A stretch of 31,107 nucleotides of DNA from Eubacteriales bacterium (GCA_045656725.1 JAZORS010000088.1:1-31107), one strand, 5' to 3'; counted from the stretch's first letter, positions 8,228-17,605 are shown. Translations and numbers: made by a program. Notes: generated by a model from the letters alone, not told the origin.

Positions 8228-9598
8228 TCAGTTTGAAAAGCTCATTTGGGAAAATGCCTTTTTCGTTACGTGTCTGACAAAAACAATAGCAAGCACGAGA
8301 GCCACGAGCTCCGCTAACGGGAACGATAGCCAGATCAGGTCGACAATTCCCGTGAGCGAAAGCAAAAATGCCGCGGGAATGAGAACCACGAGCTGTCTTA
8401 TCATACTGAGATACAAGCTGTATATGCTTTTTCCAAGAGCCTGGCAGGTTGAGGAGCAGATAATCGAGATTCCCGCAAACGGGAAACAAATGCTGATCAG
8501 GCGCAACGCCGGTTTTCCAAGCGCGAGCATGGCTTCTCCGGCATTGAAAATCGAAAGAAGCGCGCCGGGGAAAAGCTGGAAAACGAGAAGTCCGAGGATC
8601 ATATACCCAACCGCCAGAGCCATCGAAAGCTTCATTGCGGCAAGTATTCGCTCTTTTTTATTTGCCCCGTAGTTATAAGCGATTATCGGAATCATTCCGT
8701 TGTTAAGACCGAAAACGGGCATAAAGATAAAGCTTTGAAGCTTGAAGTAAACGCCGAAAACGTTAACCGCTTCCGTGGAAAAGGCGTAAAGAATATTGTT
8801 CATGGAAAGCGTCATAAGCGAGCCTATTGCCTGCATAAGAACGCTTGGAATTCCTATTATGAGCATGTCCTTTATAACGCGGAGCTTGGGTATAAAATTC
8901 TTCAAAATCAGCTTGATTTCCTTGTTACAGACAAGGTTAAGCGTGATTCCTATGGTGGCGGAAACCATCTGTCCGATAACGGTGGCGATAGCTGCGCCGG
9001 CAATACCGAGCGCGGGAAGCCCGAACATTCCGAAAATGAGAATGGGGTCAAGAATAATATTGATTACAGCACCCGACAGCTGCGTTACCATACTTAATAT
9101 GGATTTTCCCGTTGATTGAAGCAGGCGCTCCGCGAAAATCTGCACGAAAACACTGACAGCGCCAATAGAGACTATCGAGAGATATTCTACACTGTAAGTA
9201 TAAAGAAGTCCGGCGTCTCCGACCTGCGCCTCAATAAAGGGGCGCACAGCAAAGAGTCCGAAAAACAAAAACGGCAAGTACCCTGCCAAAAGAAGCGTCA
9301 AGCCCTGACCGGCAATAAGGTTTGCCCTCTTAAAATCCTTTTGACCGAGAGCACGCGAGAGAAGCGCGTTCATACCGACCGCAAGACCGACGGCAACCGC
9401 AATTATTAAGTTCTGAATGGGAAAGGCAAAGGTCAGAGCACCCGTTCCTGCAATGTTGTCGTACTTGGCGACAAAAACCGAGTCAACGATATTGTAAAGC
9501 GCCTGCACGAGCATTGATATGATTATGGGCACGGAAATCGAAATGAGGAGCTTCGGCACTCTCTCCGTTCCCATTTTGTTTTCTTTTATATTTTCCAT
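8228..9598 (-). CDS. MATE family efflux transporter
   Basis: 456 aa, ~12 TM; QALYNIVDS, NIILDPILIFG, AGAAIATVIGQ. Confidence 0.93.
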   Translation of the reverse strand: MENIKENKMGTERVPKLLISISVPIIISMLVQALYNIVDSVFVAKYDNIAGTGALTFAFPIQNLIIAVAVGLAVGMNALLSRALGQKDFKRANLIAGQGLTLLLAGYLPFLFFGLFAVRPFIEAQVGDAGLLYTYSVEYLSIVSIGAVSVFVQIFAERLLQSTGKSILSMVTQLSGAVINIILDPILIFGMFGLPALGIAGAAIATVIGQMVSATIGITLNLVCNKEIKLILKNFIPKLRVIKDMLIIGIPSVLMQAIGSLMTLSMNNILYAFSTEAVNVFGVYFKLQSFIFMPVFGLNNGMIPIIAYNYGANKKERILAAMKLSMALAVGYMILGLLVFQLFPGALLSIFNAGEAMLALGKPALRLISICFPFAGISIICSSTCQALGKSIYSLYLSMIRQLVVLIPAAFLLSLTGIVDLIWLSFPLAELVALVLAIVFVRHVTKKAFSQMSFSN

Positions 9599-9607
9599 AA
9601 GTCCTGT

Positions 9608-10354
9608 TTATTTTCCGTAGGTGAGTATTTTTTCAAGCATAAGCTTTGCTTCGTTCTGGAGCTTTTCATTGCCTGATTCGAGATATCCTCTGACGCGCAG
9701 GCAAATCACGGTGTCCTCCGGTAAGTCCGAAAATCCGGGAAGCGCGGCAAAGGGCGTTGAATGAAGATAGATTGCACCCGTGTCGTAATATTCGTGGCTT
9801 CCCAGCGAAGAGTAGCCTTCAAGATTCTCGAAATATTGCGTTCCTTCAAATTTATATTGGAATTCATTATAAAGGGTGCTTGAAAGGAAGAAAAGGTAGT
9901 AGTCGCTCTTTGATATAATGTTGTTAAAGGTCGTGTTGTTGTTCGTTATCAGATGGTAATTGACTTCAATTTCGTCGTCCTTTTCCGCCTCTTCTATTTC
10001 CGCCGAGGAGAGCATAAACAAATCAAGCAGCGAGATGTTGGTTTCTCCGTCACCGTTAGCGTCGCGCGAAACTTGCAGAAGCGAGGAGCAAAACTTCATA
10101 TATTCGACCTCGCCGTTTTCTGTTTTGTGCGAAATTTCCTTCGGGCCCGCGTAAACTACGAATGAGTCGTAGCTTGTTTTTCCGCACATCTGTAAAGAGC
10201 AAACCGTGATGGCAAAAACCAAAAAAAGCGCGATTATGCTGTGCCACTTATAGTGATACCAGAAGTTGTCGAGCCAAGCGAGAAAGCCGTTTTTCTTTAT
10301 TGTAATATCGGGGCTTGCCTCGTAGGGCTCGTCCCGAAAATTTCTTTCGTTCAT
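9608..10354 (-). CDS. Hypothetical single-TM protein with extracellular domain
   Basis: 248 aa; WLDNFWYHYKWH followed by one TM helix; SD present; 9-nt gap to MATE. Confidence 0.75.
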   Translation of the reverse strand: MNERNFRDEPYEASPDITIKKNGFLAWLDNFWYHYKWHSIIALFLVFAITVCSLQMCGKTSYDSFVVYAGPKEISHKTENGEVEYMKFCSSLLQVSRDANGDGETNISLLDLFMLSSAEIEEAEKDDEIEVNYHLITNNNTTFNNIISKSDYYLFFLSSTLYNEFQYKFEGTQYFENLEGYSSLGSHEYYDTGAIYLHSTPFAALPGFSDLPEDTVICLRVRGYLESGNEKLQNEAKLMLEKILTYGK

Positions 10355-10400
10355 AAAAATCCTTTCACGGCTGAAAATCAGCCGAAGCTTAATTCAACCC

Positions 10401-10430
10401 ATTGTATCATATAGCGCGACACCCATTCAA
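10401..10430 (-). promoter_or_regulatory. Probable promoter of hypothetical-MATE operon
   Basis: TTGAAT-18bp-TACAAT with extended TG. Confidence 0.5.
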
Positions 10431-10441
10431 GAGCAATTTGT

Positions 10442-10483
10442 AAACAAATGAGGAAAACCGCGGTTTTGACCTCGGTTTCCCTC
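10442..10483 (-). terminator. Intrinsic terminator of lysS transcript
   Basis: GAGGGAAACCGAGG-loop-CCGCGGTTTTCCTC followed by ATTTGTTT on minus strand. Confidence 0.6.
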
Positions 10484-10507
10484 AAAATTTATTCTTTTAA
10501 TAGATAA

Positions 10508-10536
10508 AGCTTTATACTTCCGGTTTCATAGTCGGG
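10508..10536 (-). repeat. Duplicate of lysS 3' end (att-like direct repeat)
   Basis: 25/29 identical to 10669-10697; exact 15-bp core GGTTTCATAGTCGGG; encodes PTMKPEV* versus PTMKPEA*. Confidence 0.85.
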
Positions 10537-10672
10537 TAGCAAGTCAAAAACAACTGAGTGTTGTTTTTACGCAGCGAAACCGCAGGGAGCAACGAGCTGA
10601 AGGAGAGGTTAATCCTCGACACGCAGCGACTATAGGGCGGTGGAGGGGCTCGGTACGTGGGTGATGGTAGCT

Positions 10673-12175
10673 TTAAGCCTCAGGTTTCATAGTCGGGAAC
10701 AACAGTACATCACGAATTGAAGCCGAGTCTGTAAGAAGCATAACGAGTCGGTCAACGCCGAAGCCAAGTCCGCCTGTGGGGGGCATACCGTATTCAAGCG
10801 CGGTGATAAAGTCGGTATCAACCTCTGCCTTGCAGTTCGGCTCTTCCTTGCGCTTTGCCTCAACCTGACGCTCGAATCTTTCCTTCTGGTCGATAGGATC
10901 GTTAAGCTCGGAGAATGCGTTTCCGAATTCCATGCAGTTGATAAAGTATTCAAATCTTTCGGTAAATGCGGGATTTGAGGGCTTTTTCTTTGCAAGGGGG
11001 CTGTTTTCAACGGGATAGTCGTAAATGAAGGTGGGCTGAATGAGCTTGTCCTCGACGTAAGCGTCAAAGAGCTCGATAAGCACAGTTCCCTTCGTTGCGT
11101 CAGCGGGAACTTCAACGTGCATTGCCTTTGCAACCTCGCGCGCCGCCTCGTCGCTTTCCCATTCGTTATAATCTACGCCTGCATATTTCTTAACTGCTTC
11201 AACCATGGTAAGACGCTCCCAGTGTCCGAGGTCTATTTCGTTACCCTGGTAGGTAATCTTGGTGTCACCGCAGATTTCCTTTGCAAGCATCTTGTAAAGG
11301 TCTTCAACGAGGTCCATCATTCCGTAATAATCAGTAAATGCCTCGTAAAGCTCGATTGTGGTAAATTCGGGGTTGTGCTTGGGGTCCATTCCCTCGTTTC
11401 TGAATATTCTTCCAACCTCGTAAACCTTGTTCATACCGCCAACGATAAGACGTTTGAGGTAAAGCTCGGTTTCAATGCGGAGATACATATCCATATCGAG
11501 AGTGTTGTGGTGGGTTATGAAGGGGCGCGCCGAAGCTCCGATTTCAAGGGGCGTGAGTATGGGCGTGTCAACTTCAAGATATCCGCGGCTGTCAAGGAAT
11601 TCTCTTGTGAGTTTAAGTATTTTAGAGCGCTTGATAAAGGTGTCCTTAACCTCGGGGTTGACGATAAGGTCAACGTATCTCTGTCTGTATCTCTGCTCGA
11701 CGTTGGTAAGGCCGTGGAACTTTTCGGGCAGGGGAAGAAGAGACTTTGCAAGCAGGGTTATCTTCTTTGCGTGAACGGAAACCTCTCCTGTTCTTGTGCG
11801 GAAAAGATTACCTTCAACGCCGACAATGTCGCCGATATCCCATTTTTTGAATGCCGCGTAATCCTCTTCTCCGAGGTCGTCGCGCGAGGTGTAGAGCTGG
11901 ATTCTTCCCTCTCCGTCAAGCACGTGAGCAAAGGATGCCTTGCCCATAACGCGTCTTGCAACCATTCTTCCTGCGATGCGAACGGTCATTTCCTCGCCGC
12001 TTTCGGCAAGCTCCGCTTCACGCGCGGTAAATGCGGCAATTGCCTCGGTGCTTACCGCGGTAACGTCGTAGCTCGTTATTTCAAAGGGGTTTTTGCCCGC
12101 TTCGACGAGAGCTTGAAGCTTCTCGCGGCGAACAACCAATTCGTTAGTTGAGTTAATCTGATTTTCGTTTGCCAT
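10673..12175 (-). CDS. lysS: Lysine--tRNA ligase (class II)
   Basis: RRVMGKASF, RYRQRYVDL, LRIETELYLKRLIVGG, FRNEG, YGMPPTGGLGFGVDRL. Confidence 0.98.
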   Translation of the reverse strand: MANENQINSTNELVVRREKLQALVEAGKNPFEITSYDVTAVSTEAIAAFTAREAELAESGEEMTVRIAGRMVARRVMGKASFAHVLDGEGRIQLYTSRDDLGEEDYAAFKKWDIGDIVGVEGNLFRTRTGEVSVHAKKITLLAKSLLPLPEKFHGLTNVEQRYRQRYVDLIVNPEVKDTFIKRSKILKLTREFLDSRGYLEVDTPILTPLEIGASARPFITHHNTLDMDMYLRIETELYLKRLIVGGMNKVYEVGRIFRNEGMDPKHNPEFTTIELYEAFTDYYGMMDLVEDLYKMLAKEICGDTKITYQGNEIDLGHWERLTMVEAVKKYAGVDYNEWESDEAAREVAKAMHVEVPADATKGTVLIELFDAYVEDKLIQPTFIYDYPVENSPLAKKKPSNPAFTERFEYFINCMEFGNAFSELNDPIDQKERFERQVEAKRKEEPNCKAEVDTDFITALEYGMPPTGGLGFGVDRLVMLLTDSASIRDVLLFPTMKPEA

Positions 12176-12187
12176 AGCCGTCTCCTG

Positions 12188-12664
12188 TTATTTTGCTCTT
12201 TTTACGTCAAGGACTCTCAGGTGCTGAATCTTTATTCCCTCAACGGTGACCTCGTCGCCTGCTCTTGCTCCGAGAAGCTTCTCGCCGATGGGCGAGGAAT
12301 CGGAAATTTTGCCGTTCTGCGGGTCGGTTTCGTACGAGCCGACGATATGATAGGTAAACTCGCGGTTTCTTTCCACATTAAAAACGCTAACGATAGAGCC
12401 GACGCTGACAACGCTTTCGTCTATTTGCGACTCGTCAATAATCTCTGCGTTCGCAATCATTTCTTTGAGCTCGGCAATGCGCGCGTGGATTTTTCCTTGC
12501 TCCTCTTTTGCCTCGTCGTATTCGCTGTTTTCCGAAAGGTCGCCGAAGGAGCGCGCGGTGGAAATGTCCTTTTTGTTTTCTTCGGCGCGTACGTTTACAA
12601 GATAATCGAGCTCGTCTTGAAGCGCCTTGAAGCCCGCGGGGGTATAGGTCTTTTTCTCTGCCAT
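12188..12664 (-). CDS. greA: Transcription elongation factor GreA
   Basis: ARSFGDLSENSEYDEAK, ISDSSPIG; start set at ATG 12664 after GGAG. Confidence 0.95.
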   Translation of the reverse strand: MAEKKTYTPAGFKALQDELDYLVNVRAEENKKDISTARSFGDLSENSEYDEAKEEQGKIHARIAELKEMIANAEIIDESQIDESVVSVGSIVSVFNVERNREFTYHIVGSYETDPQNGKISDSSPIGEKLLGARAGDEVTVEGIKIQHLRVLDVKRAK

Positions 12665-12695
12665 TTTAAATATCTCCAATATATGTTAATCTTTT

Positions 12696-14027
12696 TTATT
12701 TCGAATTTATGAGGTATAAGATTTCCGCTTTTGCCGCCGCCATTTGCTCGTCACCCTCGGTGTTCGCGACTGTTATGTCCGGCGTGATTCCGACTCCGTG
12801 GTAATTTACTCCCGACGGGGGATTGTAATAAGCGACGGTGAGGGTTATCGCGGAGCCGTCAGAGAATTTGTAGGTGTTCTGCATAATTCCCTTGCCGAAG
12901 CTTTGCTCTCCGACGATTGTCGCTCGGAAGAAGCCCATATCCGAGAAATCTCTGATAGCCGCGGTGAAAAGCTCCGCGGCAGATGCCGTGCCGCCGTTAC
13001 ACAAAACGACGGTGGGAAGAGAGAGCGAGTGCTCGCTTTTTGAAACCTCGTCTTTTTTATAGTCGTTTGTGAAGCTCGCGATGGTCGTGCCCTTTGGGGC
13101 TATATAATCCAGCATATCCGTGACGGTTGCAAGATAGCCGCCGCCGTTCGAGCGCAGGTCGTAAACCACGCCCCTGACTCCGTTTTCCGAGAAGGAATCA
13201 ACGATATCCTTAAACTGACTGAATCCCGATTCCTTAAAGCCCGTTATCGTTACGTAGGCAATACCGTCCTCGATTGTGCAAAAAACGGATTCCTCGGTTA
13301 TTTTCGTGCGCTTTACGTCAAATTCAAGCTCTTTTCCCTCTCGGAGAACTCCGATTTTAACGAAGGTATTTTCTTCTCCGCGGATTGAGCTTACCGCCTC
13401 GTTGTATCCGATATCGGATACGTTTTTGCCGTCAACGGACACGATAAGGTCGTCGGGAAGAATTCCCGCCTCCTCTGCTCCTGAGCCCGAGTGAATCTTC
13501 ACTACCGTTATAACGCCGCCGTCCTCGGAGTACCTGACGGTGACGCCGATACCGACAAACGAGCCGCTCATTGATGAAACGTAGTCCTTGTATTCGTTCT
13601 TCGTTCTGTAAATGGAATATCTGTCACCGACGGTTGAAACGTAAGCCCTGATAAGCGCATCCGTTACCTCCTCGGGCTCGGAAAGCTCCGTGCTTTCATA
13701 ATGGTTTTCGAGAAACTCCGCGGCACATTCCTTTGCTTTTTCAAAGGCGGACGGCATATCTTCTACGAATTTTGCAAAAAATACGTTTTCGAGGCTTCGC
13801 ATCTTTGAGATTAAAAAACGCGGAAAGCTCCACGCGTCGAGATAATCCGATGCATATTCAAAGCCCTCGTCCTCTGCCGAAGATATCGTCGCGAGAAGCT
13901 CATCCTTCGGAAGAATATCAGCGCTTCCGCCAAAGCTTTGGCACGAGCAAAGACCGATGAGCAACGAAAGGGTGAGCGCAAGAGCCAAAACAAAGGATAA
14001 AAGCTTTTTTGATTCAAAATTTTTCAT
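12696..14027 (-). CDS. ctpA: S41 carboxy-terminal processing protease (PDZ), probable lipoprotein
   Basis: GSFVGIGV PDZ, DLRSNGGG, ASAAELF (Ser), FGKG (Lys); LCSC lipobox; start uncertain (14027, 14039 or 14048). Confidence 0.88.
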   Translation of the reverse strand: MKNFESKKLLSFVLALALTLSLLIGLCSCQSFGGSADILPKDELLATISSAEDEGFEYASDYLDAWSFPRFLISKMRSLENVFFAKFVEDMPSAFEKAKECAAEFLENHYESTELSEPEEVTDALIRAYVSTVGDRYSIYRTKNEYKDYVSSMSGSFVGIGVTVRYSEDGGVITVVKIHSGSGAEEAGILPDDLIVSVDGKNVSDIGYNEAVSSIRGEENTFVKIGVLREGKELEFDVKRTKITEESVFCTIEDGIAYVTITGFKESGFSQFKDIVDSFSENGVRGVVYDLRSNGGGYLATVTDMLDYIAPKGTTIASFTNDYKKDEVSKSEHSLSLPTVVLCNGGTASAAELFTAAIRDFSDMGFFRATIVGEQSFGKGIMQNTYKFSDGSAITLTVAYYNPPSGVNYHGVGITPDITVANTEGDEQMAAAKAEILYLINSK

Positions 14028-14055
14028 TTTAAGTTCCATTGTGAACAATAGTTTA

Positions 14056-14084
14056 GCCGTAAGGGAGTCGAACTCCCTTACGGC
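14056..14084. other. Perfect 12-bp hairpin upstream of ctpA
   Basis: GCCGTAAGGGAG-TCGAA-CTCCCTTACGGC. Confidence 0.6.
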
Positions 14085-14173
14085 AGGCGCAAAGAAGCGT
14101 TTGCTTCAAGCTCCGATTAAGTTTTCTTTTTAGTATACTCTATTCGTTTTGAGAAATCTGTCGAAATCAGGCC

Positions 14174-15259
14174 TTAAAATTTAGTGGGCTTGCTCGTCAG
14201 GTATTTTTTAACCATAAGAGCGACCTTAAAGGTTATCGCATGGTCGAAATCTCTTAAATCAAGACCGGTCATTTTTCTTATTTTTTCAAGACGGTAAACG
14301 AGGGTGTTTCTGTGAACGAAAAGCTTTCTTGAAGTTTCGGAAACGTTAAGATTGTTCTCAAAGAAGCTCTGGACCGTCATAAGCGTTTCACGGTCAAAGG
14401 ATTCAAGCGAGCCCTTCTTAAATACTTCTCCGAGGAAAATCTCGCAAAGGGTGGTCGGGAGCTGATAAATAAGGCGACCGATGCCGAGATTTTCATAAGA
14501 TATAACGGGCTTTTCAACGTCAAAAACCTTTCCGACTTCAAGGGAGATTCTTGCTTCCTTGTAAGCTCTTGCGAGGTCTTTGAGGTTTCCGACTATTGAG
14601 GAAATACCGATGAGCACCTTTGCCCCGAATTCTCCCGAAACGGTTTCGTGAAGCTCGTTAGCGAAATTCACAAGAGCCTCCGCGCTGTCAGCGGACTCAA
14701 CCTCTTTCACGATAACGATGTCCTGCTCGCTGATGCTGATAACAAAATCACGTGCCTTGTCGGTAACGATGTTCTGTATAATCTCGTAAGGCGGCGTTGC
14801 GGTTGCGCCCTGGAATTTAACGACAACAACTGCGCGCGCCTCGTCGTTTGAGAAATGAAGCTCGTTAGACTTTATGTAAATGTCGCTGGGGAGTATATTG
14901 TCCAGAATGATGTTTTTTATGAAAGAGCTCTTGTCGTATTTTTCGTCATAAAGCTTTTTGATGTTGGAAAGGGCGATGGCGAGCATTTGAGAGGATTTTT
15001 GCGAGTGTACGTCGCCGCCTTCAACAAAGACGATTGCTTCGTTCTTTCCCTCACCGGAAATGTATCTGTAAGTGTATCCTTCATAAACCATTCCGTCCTT
15101 TGAAAAAGCGAGCTCCTCGCGGATTCGCTGACGCGATTCGCCTATTCTCGAAAGGTCGCTTGAAGCAATTATGATGCCGCTTTCGTCAATGACGCCGACG
15201 GTGCGTCCGATAACCTCTTTCATCTGATGGATTATAGTTTGATAAAGTTTGTTTGACAT
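14174..15259 (-). CDS. CdaR/PucR family transcriptional regulator
   Basis: Sugar-diacid recognition N-terminus, GGDEF-like middle, C-terminal LNVSETSRKLFVHRNTLVYRLEKI HTH; start moved to ATG 15259. Confidence 0.9.
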   Translation of the reverse strand: MSNKLYQTIIHQMKEVIGRTVGVIDESGIIIASSDLSRIGESRQRIREELAFSKDGMVYEGYTYRYISGEGKNEAIVFVEGGDVHSQKSSQMLAIALSNIKKLYDEKYDKSSFIKNIILDNILPSDIYIKSNELHFSNDEARAVVVVKFQGATATPPYEIIQNIVTDKARDFVISISEQDIVIVKEVESADSAEALVNFANELHETVSGEFGAKVLIGISSIVGNLKDLARAYKEARISLEVGKVFDVEKPVISYENLGIGRLIYQLPTTLCEIFLGEVFKKGSLESFDRETLMTVQSFFENNLNVSETSRKLFVHRNTLVYRLEKIRKMTGLDLRDFDHAITFKVALMVKKYLTSKPTKF

Positions 15260-15387
15260 AAATAAGGAACTCCAATCAAAAACAACTTGTTTTGTACTCA
15301 CTGGCGACTGTGCTTAAAGAGAAAAGTGCACGTGAAATCAATATGATCTCACGCGTCTTTTTATGCAATTTGTAAATACTGTACTAT

Positions 15388-15416
15388 ATTTTAAACTATC
15401 TTTTGACATTTTTCAA
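15388..15416 (-). promoter_or_regulatory. Probable promoter of cdaR
   Basis: TTGAAA-17bp-TAAAAT. Confidence 0.55.
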
Positions 15417-15636
15417 TAGTTTTTTCAAAAAAAGTCAAAAAATATACAAAAAAGTTACTACCCCTTTGTGCAATTTGCATTTTGCATAGAAAACTCTACA
15501 AAAACGAACAGAGCAAGAATAAATCCGCTCCGTGAAAGCGGAGATTAAAATAAGAAGCTCCTGCGGCAGAATAGAAGCATCTACCACCGTGTGTCTGCGG
15601 TAGAGGAGTATGAAATTGAATATACCCACCAACATG

Positions 15637-15674
15637 AAAAGGACAGAGAATTTTTACGTTCTCTGTCCTTTTTT
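15637..15674. terminator. Bidirectional intrinsic terminator
   Basis: AAAAGGACAGAGAA-loop-TTCTCTGTCCTTTTTT. Confidence 0.75.
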
Positions 15675-15710
15675 CTTGACAAGCACTGCATTTGTAGACA
15701 CAAATACCTT

Positions 15711-15855
15711 TTTAGTTATGAGTTATAAGGATTGCTTGTGCTCACCGTTATGATGTGATCGCCCGTTTACTTCAAGCTGTGCCGAAGGCACATCATAACT
15801 TGGCGTAGCCAATCATAACTTTAAACTCGCCGTAGGCGATCATAACTGCGTAACT
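15711..15855. repeat. GTTATGA/TCATAAC hairpin array, copy 2
   Basis: GTTATGA at 15715 and 15747; TCATAAC at 15793, 15813, 15840; shares AACTTGGCG(A/T)AGCCAATCATAAC and ACCGTTATGA with 8011-8166. Confidence 0.85.
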
Positions 15856-15914
15856 GCTTTATGGCAGGTACGCCGCGGCAGGAGTTTTTTGGATTGTTCA
15901 AAAGTGTGCCCGCG

Positions 15915-16649
15915 TTAAAGCTCTTTGGCGTAGGAAATTGCCGAAAGCACGTAAAGCGGCGCGGTTTCGCAGCGCAAAATTCTCGGCCCGAGATTGGCAA
16001 GAGAAAGCCCCGCCTCTTTTGCCGCAAGACATTCCTCCGGGGAAAAGCCGCCCTCTGCGCCGATAACGGCGGAAATTGTGCCGGCGCCGCTGTTTTTTTC
16101 AAGAAGCGTTTTCAGCGACTCCGTGCCCTCGCCCTCGTAGCAGAAAAGCGCAAGCTCGCTTTTTGTCGCCTCACTTATTGCCGCTTTGAACGGGAGGGGC
16201 TGTGTCACCGTCGGCACCTTTGCTCTGCCGCACTGCTTTGCGGCCTCCTCTGCAATTTTTGAAAGGCGCGCGTTTTGCTTTTCCGCTTTTTCCGGCTGCG
16301 GCTTTTTGATGCAGCGCGAGGATTCAAACGGAACGATGCGCGAAGCACCCAGCTCAACCGCTTTCTGTATTACAAGTTCAAGCTTGTCGCCCTTTGGATA
16401 AGCAACGAAAAGCGTTATTTCAACAGGGGATTCCGCGCGGCTTTTTGCGCTTGAAAGAATTTCGCATTCGCAGATTTCATCTCTTATACGGGTAAGACGG
16501 CACAGATATTCACAGCCCTCTCCGTCGCAAACGGTTATTTCGTCACCCACTGCCATTCGCAAGGAGCGCGCGATATGACGGGCGCTGTCACCCTTAATTA
16601 CTACCGCACCCTCTGAAAAGTCGGGTGCTTCGGCAAAAAATCTTGGCAT
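15915..16649 (-). CDS. rsmE: 16S rRNA m3U1498 methyltransferase
   Basis: HIARSLRM, KLELVIQKAVELG, IGAEGGFS, LGPRILRCETA; start moved to MPRFF. Confidence 0.94.
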   Translation of the reverse strand: MPRFFAEAPDFSEGAVVIKGDSARHIARSLRMAVGDEITVCDGEGCEYLCRLTRIRDEICECEILSSAKSRAESPVEITLFVAYPKGDKLELVIQKAVELGASRIVPFESSRCIKKPQPEKAEKQNARLSKIAEEAAKQCGRAKVPTVTQPLPFKAAISEATKSELALFCYEGEGTESLKTLLEKNSGAGTISAVIGAEGGFSPEECLAAKEAGLSLANLGPRILRCETAPLYVLSAISYAKEL

Positions 16650-16686
16650 AATTTTACCTGCTTCAGAATTTATTTTCGCTTCTTGT

Positions 16687-17604
16687 TTAAAGCTTTTTAA
16701 CGAGAATTGCAAGCCAATCGTTTTCGTTTTCCTCTCGGATTATTGTGAATCCGGCAGATCTTGCCGCCGCTCTAACCTCGTCTGCTCTCGGCGCGATTAT
16801 TCCGGAAAGAATAAGGGGCGCACCGTCTTTAAGATAATCTCCGACGTCGGGAAGCATACGGATAAGGATATCCGCAACGATATTGGCAACGCAGAAATCG
16901 TATTTGCCGCGGCTTCTGTCAACGCCTGAAAGAAGGTCCGATATTCCGACGGTGACGTTCCTGCAACCGTCTGCCTCCGCGTTTTCCTTTGCTACTTTAA
17001 CGGCAACGGGGTCTATATCGTAGGCATTGCAGTGGGATGCGCCAAGCTTTGAGGCGCAAATCGAAAGTATGCCCGAGCCCGTTCCGAGATCGAGGAAAAG
17101 CTCTCCGCCAAGGAGCTCGTCCTGCATCAGCTTAATGACGAGGCGCGTGGTTTCGTGAGTGCCTGTGCCGAACGCCATTCCGGGATCCATTCTGACAATT
17201 ACCTCACCGTCCTTTGCCTCGTATTTCTCCCAGGCGGGAACAATGGTTACCCGTCCGAGAGGGATGGGCGTGTAATATTTTTTCCAGGCTTCCGCCCAAT
17301 CGTCCTCGGAAAGACCGACAACCGATATATCCGCCTCGACTTCAAGCGAGGTAAAGCGGTCTTTAAGAAAAGAAACGTATTCGAGGGTGTTCTTTTCCTC
17401 CGGAACGAAGATTGAAACCTTTGCGTGCGTTTTGTCGCTGTTTAAAATTGAATCGTCAACGAGGTCGCCGTACATTCCGTTTAAGGTAAAATCGCTGTAA
17501 TCCTCAATCATAAGGCCGTTGTCGAGCATGCTCATAACAGCCGTGACTGTTTCAAGATCCTCGGTTTTGATTTTTACACTGACCTGATTCCAATTGCCTG
17601 ACAT
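16687..17604 (-). CDS. prmA: Ribosomal protein L11 methyltransferase
   Basis: DPGMAFGTGTHETT, DLGTGSGIL, VANIVAD, LSGII. Confidence 0.95.
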   Translation of the reverse strand: MSGNWNQVSVKIKTEDLETVTAVMSMLDNGLMIEDYSDFTLNGMYGDLVDDSILNSDKTHAKVSIFVPEEKNTLEYVSFLKDRFTSLEVEADISVVGLSEDDWAEAWKKYYTPIPLGRVTIVPAWEKYEAKDGEVIVRMDPGMAFGTGTHETTRLVIKLMQDELLGGELFLDLGTGSGILSICASKLGASHCNAYDIDPVAVKVAKENAEADGCRNVTVGISDLLSGVDRSRGKYDFCVANIVADILIRMLPDVGDYLKDGAPLILSGIIAPRADEVRAAARSAGFTIIREENENDWLAILVKKL

Positions 17605-17605
17605 T

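Noticed and set aside
10537-10668. Group II intron domain V/VI remnant in the lysS insert
   Set aside because: No AGC/CGC triad hairpin of DV geometry could be folded
14056-14084. tRNA or tRNA fragment (GAGTTCGACTC on minus strand)
   Set aside because: 5-nt rather than 7-nt loop, and no D-arm, anticodon arm or acceptor stem
15435-15635. 66-aa minus ORF, GAGGAG-ATG plus ORF at ~15610, or sRNA between cdaR and the terminator
   Set aside because: The SD is too close to the ATG, the plus ORF runs through a terminator, and no convincing promoter or recognisable RNA family was found; cannot be supported from sequence alone
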